The position numbers and the translations under genes were made by a program. Shown in pieces: positions 11,677-21,192 of a DNA stretch of 64,000 nt. The stretch comes from Bacilli bacterium (GTDB lineage Bacteria; Bacillota_I; Bacilli_A; RFN20; CAG-826). Every line of letters begins with the position of its first letter. The stretch's first letter is position 1. The stretch lies in NCBI GenBank assembly GCA_045615545.1, contig JAZLFA010000040.1, positions 13,667 through 77,666 of the forward strand, in the 5' to 3' direction. Below the pieces are notes generated by a model that saw only the letters and a list, made by a program, of their open reading frames with translations, searched no databases and had not been told where the DNA came from.

Positions 11677-12881
11677 TATTTAGTAACTAAAACTTTCTTC
11701 CAGCAAGCGACTTTAGCGACACCTTGTTCACAATCAAGTGTAACTCCACCATTGATTAATGGACGGAGATAATCTCTAAATTTATCGCTCATTCTTGTTT
11801 TATCAAACATGAAGTCTGGTGTAATTTTGCTTTCAGCATTAGCGACCAAACTTAAATCAGCAAGTTTGTAATCAATATGATATGGTGCGTTTGATGTACG
11901 GGTAAAGATAATCATTTTGCCTGTATATCCTTTTAAAGCAGCTTGAACTGCAATGCTTCCAGTATTAATAGCTTCGTTTCTATCAACAGCAGAAACAAAT
12001 ACTGGACACGCCCTTTGCATTAATGAAAGTTCAATTGCTCTAGTTGGTAAACCAAGTTTTTCTTCCACGACTGAACATAAATAAGCAGCAGTACCACCAA
12101 GTTGAGCATGGCCAAAGCCATCAACACGAACATTGCTCATATCTCTTTCAACCTTGATACCTTCAGAGATAGCAACCATCGCATAACCATGTTGATCAAA
12201 TGCTTCTTTAACATCATTTAAGAATTCTTCAGTATTAAATGGATTTTCAGGTAAATAGAATAAATGTGGTCTTGTATCTTCAGGAAGCAAATCAGGAGCG
12301 GCAGTTAACCAACCAGCATTACGTCCCATAATTTCAACTATGAACACTTTACCAACTTTGAAACATTGAGCATCTTTAGCGAAAGCATTAATTGTGTTAA
12401 TAACAAATTTAGCGGCGCTTGGGAAACCTAATGAGTGATCAGTACATGCTAAGTCATTATCAATAGTTTTTGGAACACCAATAACTTTGATATCAAGATT
12501 GAGTTCTTTGCATAAAGATGAAATCTTATAGCAAGTATCCATTGAATCATTACCACCATTGATGAAGACGAATCCAATGTTATATTTCTTTAAGTTAGAA
12601 ATAATTTGCATATAAATTGGATCATGAATATCTTTAGGTAATTTTCTTCTAGTTGTACCTAAAATTGATCCAGGTGTTTGAAGTAATAATTCAATTTGCT
12701 CATCACTTTCAGCGTTGATATCAATAATTTTATCTTCTATAAGACCTTCAATACCGTTCAATGAGCCATAAATATTACCAATTTTATCGAGGTGTTTTCT
12801 TGCTTCTTTAATCGCACCATATAAAGAGGTGTTAATGACAGAAGTAGGTCCACCTGACTGAATATAAATCATATTTTTCAT
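11676..12881 (-). CDS. 6-phosphofructokinase, likely pyrophosphate-dependent type
   Basis: 401 aa. PFK fold with N-terminal IYIQSGGPTSVIN. It has GGNDS where ATP-dependent PFKs have GGDGS, and its length exceeds ATP-PFK (about 320 aa); both point to a PPi-PFK. Confidence 0.7.
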   Translation of the reverse strand: MKNMIYIQSGGPTSVINTSLYGAIKEARKHLDKIGNIYGSLNGIEGLIEDKIIDINAESDEQIELLLQTPGSILGTTRRKLPKDIHDPIYMQIISNLKKYNIGFVFINGGNDSMDTCYKISSLCKELNLDIKVIGVPKTIDNDLACTDHSLGFPSAAKFVINTINAFAKDAQCFKVGKVFIVEIMGRNAGWLTAAPDLLPEDTRPHLFYLPENPFNTEEFLNDVKEAFDQHGYAMVAISEGIKVERDMSNVRVDGFGHAQLGGTAAYLCSVVEEKLGLPTRAIELSLMQRACPVFVSAVDRNEAINTGSIAVQAALKGYTGKMIIFTRTSNAPYHIDYKLADLSLVANAESKITPDFMFDKTRMSDKFRDYLRPLINGGVTLDCEQGVAKVACWKKVLVTK

Positions 12882-12970
12882 AAAAAATATTTCCTCTTTT
12901 CTTTCTTATGATACCTAATATTCTAAGAATATTCAATGTAATTACATTAATAAATATAAAAGTAGAATAT

Positions 12971-12999
12971 TTGATTAATTTCTTATTTTGGTAGATAAT
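12971..12999 (+). promoter_or_regulatory. Putative sigma-A promoter, TTGATT-17-GATAAT, for the uridine-kinase-like gene
   Basis: A -35/-10 pair with 17-nt spacing lies 40 nt upstream of the ATG at 13038. An AAGAGG RBS is at 13025-13030. Confidence 0.3.
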
Positions 13000-13037
13000 G
13001 AAGGCGTAAGATATTCATAATCTTAAGAGGTGTGGCT

Positions 13038-14678
13038 ATGTCATTCACAATTACTTTAAATAACAAAAAAAATACTTATGAAAAACCAACGAGCATCCTT
13101 GATATTGTTGGAAATGATCGAAGCATTATATGCGTGAGAGTAAACAATCGTGTACGTGAACTCACATATGTAATAGATCAAGATGCAGAGATTGTTCCTT
13201 TGACGTTCAAAGATAGAGATGCAAAACCATGTTATGAAGCAAGTTTAAGATATCTTGTTGCGATGGCAATGTATCGTATCAATCCTGAAATAAAGATTAG
13301 ATTTTCCTATAACGTTTCTCGTTCCATCTTTATGCAAATCTTAAACCCAAAAGTGGTCGCTACTACTCACTTAGTAGAACAAATCAAAGAAACAATGAGG
13401 CAAATCATTGAACAAGATATTCCATTAACAAGAAGAATTGTTTCAAAAGAAAAAGCAGAGAAAGTATTTGCAAAATGGGGTTATCAAGATAAAATCGATA
13501 TTTTAAAATATCGTCCAGAAAAAACCTGCCATATTTATTCATGTGCAGAATATGAGAACTATATGTATAACAGAATGGTTCCTTCTACAGGATACATAAG
13601 AGAATGGAATATATTCTTCTATCCACCGGGAATCATTATTCAATATCCACGTCCAGATAGTAATGGCACCATTCCACCTTTCGAAGATGCCCCAACATTT
13701 GGTAAAACATTAAAACGCGCTCATGAACAAGCAAAAATCACAGGCGCAGATAGTGTCGTTGGTATCAATAGAAGATTAGAAGAAGATGGGGAGATTGATT
13801 TAATTTCTCTTTCAGAAGCTAACCACGCTAGACAATTAACAGAATTAGGTGAAATGATTAGTAGCGATATTGAAAATATCAAACTTATCTGTGTTGCTGG
13901 TCCTTCTTCAAGTGGCAAAACCACATTTGCGAATAAACTTAGAATCGAACTATTATCAAGAGGCATCCGCCCAATTCGTATTTCATTAGATGATTATTAT
14001 TTACCAACAGAACAAATTCCTTTTGATGAAAAAGGTGAAAGAGACTTCGAATGTATTGAAGCTCTTGATATCGCTAAATTTAATGAAGATATGCGTGATT
14101 TAATTTCTGGTATCAGTGTCGATTTACCAAGATTTGACTTTGTAACCGGTAAGCGCGTATACGATAGGCATGTACAATTAGGTGAAAATGAACCAATCAT
14201 TATCGAAGGTATCCATGCATTAAACGATAGAATGACAAGAGAAATTCCAAGTCACCAAAAATTTAAAATATTTATCGCACCACAAGCACAAGTAAGTATT
14301 GATAATCACAATCCATTAAGTATTACCGATTTAAGGTTATTAAGAAGAATCGTTAGAGATTATCAATTCCGTAATAGCAGCGCGATTGAAACTCTCTCCA
14401 TGTGGAACAATGTCCGCTTAGGAGAATTTAAGTGGATTTATAAAACACAAGAAGGCGCGGACTTTGTCTTTAATTCCTTCTTAAATTATGAATTATGTGT
14501 TATGAAAAAACACGCAATGCCACTACTTGAAGAAATAGATCGAGAAAACATCTATTTCCCAGTCGCAGAAAGATTAATAAGAATGCTCAAATTCTTCGAA
14601 GACGTTGATGATAAATGGGTGCCATGTAACTCACTTATTAGAGAGTTTATCGGAGGCAGCTGTTTCGCTGATGTTTGA
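13038..14678 (+). CDS. Uridine kinase / phosphoribulokinase-family nucleoside kinase with a long N-terminal extension
   Basis: P-loop CVAGPSSSGKTTFANKL starts about residue 290. The N-terminal 280 aa look like a ThrRS-type TGS/second-additional domain. ATG 13038 is preferred over the GTG at 13032 because of the RBS spacing. Confidence 0.6.
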   Translation: MSFTITLNNKKNTYEKPTSILDIVGNDRSIICVRVNNRVRELTYVIDQDAEIVPLTFKDRDAKPCYEASLRYLVAMAMYRINPEIKIRFSYNVSRSIFMQILNPKVVATTHLVEQIKETMRQIIEQDIPLTRRIVSKEKAEKVFAKWGYQDKIDILKYRPEKTCHIYSCAEYENYMYNRMVPSTGYIREWNIFFYPPGIIIQYPRPDSNGTIPPFEDAPTFGKTLKRAHEQAKITGADSVVGINRRLEEDGEIDLISLSEANHARQLTELGEMISSDIENIKLICVAGPSSSGKTTFANKLRIELLSRGIRPIRISLDDYYLPTEQIPFDEKGERDFECIEALDIAKFNEDMRDLISGISVDLPRFDFVTGKRVYDRHVQLGENEPIIIEGIHALNDRMTREIPSHQKFKIFIAPQAQVSIDNHNPLSITDLRLLRRIVRDYQFRNSSAIETLSMWNNVRLGEFKWIYKTQEGADFVFNSFLNYELCVMKKHAMPLLEEIDRENIYFPVAERLIRMLKFFEDVDDKWVPCNSLIREFIGGSCFADV

Positions 14679-14697
14679 TAAAAGAAAAGCCTAACAA

Positions 14698-15816
14698 TCA
14701 ATTGTTAGGTTTTTTCCTTTCTTCTTGCCAATGTACAAATGCGCTCAATTCGCGTTTATGTATACTCATTAATTGCGATAGATATACATCACGCATATGC
14801 TTATATCTCACTGTCTGTTCTTCGTTAACTTTATTCGCTAAATGACGAGTAAAGATTTTTTCTAATCTAAAGAAGGATTCGTATAAAACAAGCAAAGAAA
14901 CATAATGGAAATATTGAGAATTAGAATAAATTAATATTGGAGTGCTATGAATCAATTCACTGCTAGAAGAATATTGTTTGTTATATTGTTCAAGTCCTGC
15001 TAGTTTTTCCACTCCATCTCTAAAGTTAAGGAAGTTATATTGTTTAAAGTCATCTATCGCATATAGCCATCCATATTCGATATATTTTTTCATATCTTTG
15101 CTCTTTAAATCATGTTCTTTCATTCCGGCTTTAATTTCTTTAAAGATTTCATCTGTTTTAGGATTAGGTTCTTCATTCATATTAAAGACAATTCCATATT
15201 TCATATGTTTTAAATATGACTTAATTGCCACTTCGCCATATTTATCTAAAATAATTAAAGTGCATTCACATTCGTGAAGTGTTCTCCATAAGGAGAAAGC
15301 TTGACTTTGGAAACCATCAACAAGTAAAGATAACACACTTCTTGCAATACTAATTGATTTGACCAATAAATCACGAATAAGAGTTGTATTTGGATCGTTT
15401 CGAGAATATTGATTCAAAATATTGAGCATGAAATTTAAATATAAATTCAAAGACGAAATGGTTGGTAAATATTTATTTGTAAATTTATTCTCTGAATAAT
15501 TAAAGAATGAAAGAGTTAAGTATTTATCCGCGGCAACACTAGATATTTGCGATGCGACATCTTCTTTTTGTTTCATTTCGTTACGCTTAGCTTCACTTAA
15601 TGGTCCAAATATATAAATATATTCGCCAATTAAATAATTGATTAAATCATAGTGATTAACATTAGAAATTGATTTAAATACGCCGGTTTCAGAAAGTTGA
15701 TAAATTCCATCTAACGCATCTAGGTAACAGTTATATAAATATGTCGCGTCAACAAAAGATGGAACTTTAAGTTCTTCTAAACCTTTTTTGAATAGTTCAA
15801 GCGCAATTTTTTCCAT
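14698..15816 (-). CDS. Hypothetical protein (no recognisable family), translationally coupled to glpK
   Basis: 372 aa intact ORF. Its start overlaps the glpK stop (ATGA overlap at 15816). No motifs recognised. Confidence 0.5.
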   Translation of the reverse strand: MEKIALELFKKGLEELKVPSFVDATYLYNCYLDALDGIYQLSETGVFKSISNVNHYDLINYLIGEYIYIFGPLSEAKRNEMKQKEDVASQISSVAADKYLTLSFFNYSENKFTNKYLPTISSLNLYLNFMLNILNQYSRNDPNTTLIRDLLVKSISIARSVLSLLVDGFQSQAFSLWRTLHECECTLIILDKYGEVAIKSYLKHMKYGIVFNMNEEPNPKTDEIFKEIKAGMKEHDLKSKDMKKYIEYGWLYAIDDFKQYNFLNFRDGVEKLAGLEQYNKQYSSSSELIHSTPILIYSNSQYFHYVSLLVLYESFFRLEKIFTRHLANKVNEEQTVRYKHMRDVYLSQLMSIHKRELSAFVHWQEERKKPNN

Positions 15817-17291
15817 TATTTAAACATCCTTGTCGCATTGACGGCTTTTTTCCATCCTTCATAAAGTTTATCAATTTCATCTTTATCCATTTTTGGTTCA
15901 TAAATTGCTTGGTAACAATGAATCTTTTTAATTTCATCTAAGGAGTTATAAAATCCACTGCATAGACCAGATAAATAACAAACACCTAACGCTGTTGTTT
16001 CTAAACATGTAGGAAGTTTGATTGAAGTATTTAAGATATCACTTTGGAATTGCATCAAGTATTTATTCGCTGTTGCGCCACCATCAACTTTAAGAGAATT
16101 TAAGCACATACAGGCATCTTTCCCCATTGCTTCAAATACATCTTTACATTGATACGCAATTGAATCTAATGATGCTCTAACAAAATGATTTCTGTTACTA
16201 CCGCGAGTTAAACCAAAAACAGCACCGCGAGCATCATCGTCCCAATAAGGAGTTCCAAGACCAACAAAAGCTGGTACCACATATACTCCGTGCGCGCTCT
16301 TACACGCGTTAGCACGCTCTTCGCTTTGGCCACTGTCATCAATCATTTTCATTTCATCGCGAAGCCACTGCACTACTGCACCACCAATAAACACCGATCC
16401 TTCTAAGGCATAAGTAACTTTATCTTTTATCTTCCAAGCTACAGTTGTTAATAATCCTGTTTCGCTTCCAATAGGTTTATCACCGGCATTCATTAACAAG
16501 AAGCAACCAGTGCCGTAAGTACATTTACAATCGCCAATATCAAAACATGTTTGGCCAAATAAAGCAGCTTGTTGATCTCCAGCCACACCACAAATAGGTA
16601 TCTTTCCTTCATCAATTTTAAAATCACCAAAGTGATAGCTTGATGGTTTTACTTCAGGAAGCATACACATTGGAATGTTAAATAAATCACACAATTGTTT
16701 ATCCCAACTCATCGTATGAATATTAAATAATAAAGTACGGCTGGCATTAGATACATCGGTTGCAAAAACTTTACGTCTTGTTAATTTATAAATTAACCAG
16801 CAGTCGATTGTGCCAAACATTAATTCGCCATTTTCTGCTCGAGCTTGTCCATTTGGAATATGGTCAAGAATAAATCTAATCTTACTAGCAGAAAAATATG
16901 GATTAATTAATAAACCAGTCTTTTCTTTGATAAAATCTTTTTTATCGCTTAATTGTTCGCATATTGAAGCAGACTGACGAGATTGCCAAATCACTGCATT
17001 ATAAACAGGCATACCAGTATCTTTTTCCCATACCACCGCCGTTTCTCTTTGATTAGTAATGCCAATAGAATCAATATCTTCACTTGTAATATTAGCAACA
17101 ATACTAATTTCCGCAATAACATCTAAAACTGATGAAATAATTGTGTTAGCGTCAGATTCGACCCATCCTGGATGTGGAAATAAACACTTAACTTCACGTT
17201 GAGCTTTGTAACAAAGTTTGCCATTATGGTCAAATAGAATGGCTCTAGAAGAAGTTGTACCTTGGTCAATGGCTAAAATGTATTTTTTCAT
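15816..17291 (-). CDS. glpK: Glycerol kinase
   Basis: 491 aa. N-terminus ILAIDQGTTSSRAILFD and FGGY-family motifs. Confidence 0.9.
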   Translation of the reverse strand: MKKYILAIDQGTTSSRAILFDHNGKLCYKAQREVKCLFPHPGWVESDANTIISSVLDVIAEISIVANITSEDIDSIGITNQRETAVVWEKDTGMPVYNAVIWQSRQSASICEQLSDKKDFIKEKTGLLINPYFSASKIRFILDHIPNGQARAENGELMFGTIDCWLIYKLTRRKVFATDVSNASRTLLFNIHTMSWDKQLCDLFNIPMCMLPEVKPSSYHFGDFKIDEGKIPICGVAGDQQAALFGQTCFDIGDCKCTYGTGCFLLMNAGDKPIGSETGLLTTVAWKIKDKVTYALEGSVFIGGAVVQWLRDEMKMIDDSGQSEERANACKSAHGVYVVPAFVGLGTPYWDDDARGAVFGLTRGSNRNHFVRASLDSIAYQCKDVFEAMGKDACMCLNSLKVDGGATANKYLMQFQSDILNTSIKLPTCLETTALGVCYLSGLCSGFYNSLDEIKKIHCYQAIYEPKMDKDEIDKLYEGWKKAVNATRMFK

Positions 17292-18556
17292 TTAACACCT
17301 CTAGTTTTAAATAATCTTTCAACATCACTAATTTCTTTTGCGATATCTTTGCTTAGCACTTCCGCTCCCGCTTCCGTAACTAAAACATCATCTTCGATAC
17401 GAACACCAATGCCTAATTCTTTAAAATATAGGCCTGGCTCAACTGTAATTACATTTCCAACTTCAAGTGGACGAGAACGATCACCACAATCATGAGTATC
17501 TAAACCAAGGAAATGTGAAACATTATGATAATAAACGGTTCTAATATCATCTTCTTCTTTTAATAAGCCTACCTTAACACATTCATTTTTTAATAATTCT
17601 GAGGCATACTCTTGTAAATCTTTAATAGTAAGACCAGGGCGAATATATTCGATAACACCTTTATTGCAATTTAAAACAGCTTGATAAACCTTTGTTTGTA
17701 AATCGTTAAATTTACCATTTGCAGGATATGTACGAGTAATATCAGCACTATAACCTTTATGAGCAAACCCTAAATCAAATAAAACTAGATCATCATTACT
17801 TACTACATCATTTTGAATTTGAACTGGGTAATGTAATACCACAGCATTTTTACCACTTGCACAAATAGTAGAAAATGATAATTCACTACGATCATGGCAG
17901 CGGCCAAAAAATTCAAAGCGATCAGATAGTTCATACTCTTTAATACCTGGTTTAAGATTAGCGATTAGATTTAATAAACCAAGATTAGTTAAATCGATTG
18001 CTTTTTTTATGCAATCTACTTCATAATCACTCTTTTTTAATCTAAGCATTGTGATGAATGAATAAATATCGCCAACAGTAATGTGCGGATATTTATCTTC
18101 AATTTCCTTTTTAAATTCAATGGTAGATTTTTGTTTTCCGACTTTTATTTCAGGAGTTAAATCTAAATATAAAGAGCGAATTGATCCATATTGGTTATTA
18201 TCTTTAGCTAAAGCTAATTCAAGCATAGCGTCAAAATCTCTTGTGGAGTAAATACTTGATATATTACTTAATTCTCCTGCTTCTAATATTGAAAGGGTTT
18301 TGCCATACCATTTTTCATAAACAGGATTATATTCATCGATAAATAAATATGTTTTCTTTACACCAACACCCTTAACAAGCATAAGTATTGAGTGTTCTTG
18401 TTCAATGTTTGTGAGATAAAAGAAATGACGGTTTGCTAAAAACGGTAAAGATTCATCTTCGCTAGCAACCTTTGCGTGTCCGGCAAAAAGAATAGCGACG
18501 CTATTTTCATCCATCAAATCGAATAACTCATTACGACGTTTAATATTTTCTTCCAT
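17288..18556 (-). CDS. M24-family Xaa-Pro aminopeptidase
   Basis: 422 aa. Pita-bread fold metal-binding residues (DLGFAHKGYSADITR, HNVSHFLGLDTHD, EPG, IEDDVLV). Confidence 0.8.
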   Translation of the reverse strand: MEENIKRRNELFDLMDENSVAILFAGHAKVASEDESLPFLANRHFFYLTNIEQEHSILMLVKGVGVKKTYLFIDEYNPVYEKWYGKTLSILEAGELSNISSIYSTRDFDAMLELALAKDNNQYGSIRSLYLDLTPEIKVGKQKSTIEFKKEIEDKYPHITVGDIYSFITMLRLKKSDYEVDCIKKAIDLTNLGLLNLIANLKPGIKEYELSDRFEFFGRCHDRSELSFSTICASGKNAVVLHYPVQIQNDVVSNDDLVLFDLGFAHKGYSADITRTYPANGKFNDLQTKVYQAVLNCNKGVIEYIRPGLTIKDLQEYASELLKNECVKVGLLKEEDDIRTVYYHNVSHFLGLDTHDCGDRSRPLEVGNVITVEPGLYFKELGIGVRIEDDVLVTEAGAEVLSKDIAKEISDVERLFKTRGVK

Positions 18557-18558
18557 AA

Positions 18559-18936
18559 TTAATCCTCTACAAATTCCGCAATATTAATTACTTCCACCCC
18601 TGCTTGAACATAGGTTCTAAGTAGGCGAGATGCACCTAAAAGCACTCCACCAAAATATCTTACTACAAAAATAACAGTATTATTGATATCTTTTTTTAAA
18701 AGTAATTCCAATAATGGTCTTCCAGCTGTTCCTTTTGGTTCCCCATCATCACAAGATTTTGATAATTGCCCAATACGATAGGCATAAACAATATGTTTGG
18801 CTTTACGATGCTCTTTTTCAAGTTCTTTCAAAATAGTCTTGAAATTATCTAAATTTTCTAAAGGCATTAATATTGCAACAAACTTTGATTTGCTAACTTC
18901 AATTGTGTGAGAATATGTTGAAAGACACTTTTTCAT
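18559..18936 (-). CDS. IMPACT/YigZ-family protein (UPF0029 N-terminal domain only)
   Basis: 125 aa. Signature GEPKGTAGRPLLELL. Confidence 0.6.
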   Translation of the reverse strand: MKKCLSTYSHTIEVSKSKFVAILMPLENLDNFKTILKELEKEHRKAKHIVYAYRIGQLSKSCDDGEPKGTAGRPLLELLLKKDINNTVIFVVRYFGGVLLGASRLLRTYVQAGVEVINIAEFVED

Positions 18937-18995
18937 ATTAATTAGTTACTTTTGTAACATAATTATAGTATATTAGAACCAAGGATTGTTCGCAA

Positions 18996-19796
18996 ATGTT
19001 CTTTAAAGAAAAGAAATGTGAAAGCTGTGGTGAGCATTATGATGAAATGCTCGACTTTTGTCCTAAATGCAAAACCAACAATATTGATAAGCAAACCAAT
19101 GATAATATGACTTGGCTTCCAGTCAAAATACAACTATTCAATTTTTTAATTGGTTTTATCGGCTTAAACATTATTGTTGTTATCTTTACTGTGATTTTAT
19201 CTAGCCTATATAGTAAGGATGAAGTTTTAGCGATGGCGTTAATTAATTCTTTATCGTATTTAGCTACTTTTTTAGCTTTGCTATTCTTAAATTTTAGAAG
19301 CGGAATAAAAGAATTCTTTATTAGCCATTTTAAAGATAAATCTTCCTACTTTTATGGCGTTATTGGAGGGATAATTATTATCTTAGTCGGATATATATTA
19401 TCCTTAATTGCCTCAATACCATTCCCAAATGATACAAGCGGTAATCAAGTTGCCGCTGTAAACATGGTAAATAGGCTCCCACTAATTTCTATTATTGTTT
19501 TAGGAATTATGGGTCCAATTGTCGAAGAACTTGCTTATCGAGTAGGATTATTTAATTTACTTTGTCGTACAAAGATATGGATTGCTTATCTGCTTGAAGC
19601 AGTATTTTTCGCTTTATTACACTTTGATTTCACCGGTAATATATTATTAGAATTAATTAATTTACCATCTTATTTATTTGCAGGATTAGCATTATCTTAT
19701 ATTTATAAGAAATATGGGCTAGGCGCCAGTATTACTGCCCACGTTATTAATAATGTATTTTCGATTTTAAGTATCATAATCGCAATTAATGTATGA
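18996..19796 (+). CDS. CPBP-family intramembrane metalloprotease (CAAX protease / Abi-like) with an N-terminal zinc ribbon
   Basis: 266 aa. N-terminal CESCGEHYDEMLDFCPKCK, then multiple TM helices carrying EELAYR, FALLHF and HVINN motifs. Confidence 0.65.
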   Translation: MFFKEKKCESCGEHYDEMLDFCPKCKTNNIDKQTNDNMTWLPVKIQLFNFLIGFIGLNIIVVIFTVILSSLYSKDEVLAMALINSLSYLATFLALLFLNFRSGIKEFFISHFKDKSSYFYGVIGGIIIILVGYILSLIASIPFPNDTSGNQVAAVNMVNRLPLISIIVLGIMGPIVEELAYRVGLFNLLCRTKIWIAYLLEAVFFALLHFDFTGNILLELINLPSYLFAGLALSYIYKKYGLGASITAHVINNVFSILSIIIAINV

Positions 19797-20698
19797 GGAA
19801 ATATCAGTTTTGTAATTCATTTATATTAAAATTAATCGCCTTTGGTTTTATGACCTTAGATCACCTAGGTGTCATTTTAGATATTTTCTTTAATATTGGA
19901 GCGCCAGGTAACTCATTAAATTGGATATATGTAATGCTACGTATATTGGGACGTATAGCAATGCCTCTATTTGCCTTTATGGTTGTGGAAGGTGTTAGAT
20001 ATACCAAAAACTATAAAAAATACGCATTAAGATTGGGAATAATGGCGATTCTTATAAGTGTTGTTTTATGTGTTTGCCAATTTGTACCAAGTCTAGGTAT
20101 GACAGATCTAGCTAATCAAGGTAATATATTTTTAGATTTATTATTAGGTAGTTTAGCAATTTATCTTTTAGATAATAAAAAAGTATCAATCAAACTATTA
20201 GCCCTTCTTCCACTAGCAATTTCAATATTAAGTTATGCCGCTAAAGGGATGGAAATGGCAAGAATGGGCGAGCAATTATGGTTCCCTAAATTCTTAAGAT
20301 TACAATTTGATTGGATGTCTGTTGGATTAATTATTGGCTTTTATTTTGCTAGATTCTTCACCACTCAATACTTTATTAGCCAAGAAAATAAAACCGGCTT
20401 AAAGTGTGAGTATGTTGAGGGAACACCAATCTATCAAACCGCGAATAACCTCTTCTCAATATTGTTCTTATTTATTGTTAGTATTTTATACTATCTTGGA
20501 AAATATATCGCACCTAATATCCAATTCTATGATCTCGATATTCAGTTAGCAATGTTAATGGCGGGATTATTTATCTTAGTTTATAACGGTAAAAGAGGAT
20601 ATAACGCAAAATGGTTCCAATATGGAAGTTATCTATTTTACCCAGTACATATTTTAGTGTTATATGCTATTGTATATTTGTGTTCACTAATTCACTAA
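19793..20698 (+). CDS. TraX-family membrane protein
   Basis: 301 aa polytopic membrane protein. N-terminus LKLIAFGFMTLDHLGVIL matches the TraX-family signature. Overlaps the CPBP stop by 4 nt. Confidence 0.5.
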   Translation: MRKYQFCNSFILKLIAFGFMTLDHLGVILDIFFNIGAPGNSLNWIYVMLRILGRIAMPLFAFMVVEGVRYTKNYKKYALRLGIMAILISVVLCVCQFVPSLGMTDLANQGNIFLDLLLGSLAIYLLDNKKVSIKLLALLPLAISILSYAAKGMEMARMGEQLWFPKFLRLQFDWMSVGLIIGFYFARFFTTQYFISQENKTGLKCEYVEGTPIYQTANNLFSILFLFIVSILYYLGKYIAPNIQFYDLDIQLAMLMAGLFILVYNGKRGYNAKWFQYGSYLFYPVHILVLYAIVYLCSLIH

Positions 20699-20708
20699 GG
20701 AGAATTTT

Positions 20709-21020
20709 ATGATTATCGAAGTAAAAACATTTGAAGAATTTTCTAAATATAGTCAATACGGTAGAGTTTTAGTTGATTTCTTTGCTACTTGGTGTGGTCC
20801 ATGCAAAATGCTAATGCCTGTCATTGAAGAAATGGAAGAAGAAGGATTATTTGATGAAGTCAAAGTCCTTGAGGTTGATGTAGATAGACTAGGCGAAGTA
20901 GCGGCCAGATTTGATATTCAAGCAGTTCCAACTCTTATTTATATGGAAGAAGGAGACGAAAAGAAACGCTCACTTGGTTATCAGAATAAAAATCAATTAA
21001 TTAACTTTATTAGTAAATAA
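20709..21020 (+). CDS. trxA: Thioredoxin
   Basis: 103 aa with the WCGPC active site. Confidence 0.85.
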   Translation: MIIEVKTFEEFSKYSQYGRVLVDFFATWCGPCKMLMPVIEEMEEEGLFDEVKVLEVDVDRLGEVAARFDIQAVPTLIYMEEGDEKKRSLGYQNKNQLINFISK

Positions 21021-21021
21021 T

Positions 21022-21051
21022 TTGATATTTTTACTCATCTTGTTATATAAT
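21022..21051 (+). promoter_or_regulatory. Putative promoter TTGATA-18-TATAAT upstream of tRNA-Gly
   Basis: Consensus-like hexamers lie 14 nt upstream of the tRNA 5' end. Confidence 0.3.
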
Positions 21052-21064
21052 CGTTAAGCACAAT

Positions 21065-21138
21065 GCAGGTGTAGTTTAATGGTAGAGCATCAGCCTTCCA
21101 AGCAGATTACGCGGGTCCGATTCCCGTCACCTGCTCCA
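21065..21138 (+). tRNA. tRNA-Gly (anticodon TCC)
   Basis: Cloverleaf: acceptor GCAGGTG/CACCTGC, anticodon loop CTTCCAA, T-loop GGTCCGATTCC, encoded CCA. Confidence 0.85.
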
Positions 21139-21192
21139 ATTGCTTAATTAGAATGATTGAAAAACATCATTCTTTTTTTTACAATTTTAGAT

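Noticed and set aside
13032-13037. GTG start for the uridine-kinase-like gene as in the ORF track
   Set aside because: The ATG at 13038 sits 7 nt after an AAGAGG RBS, and the GTG would place the RBS inside the ORF.
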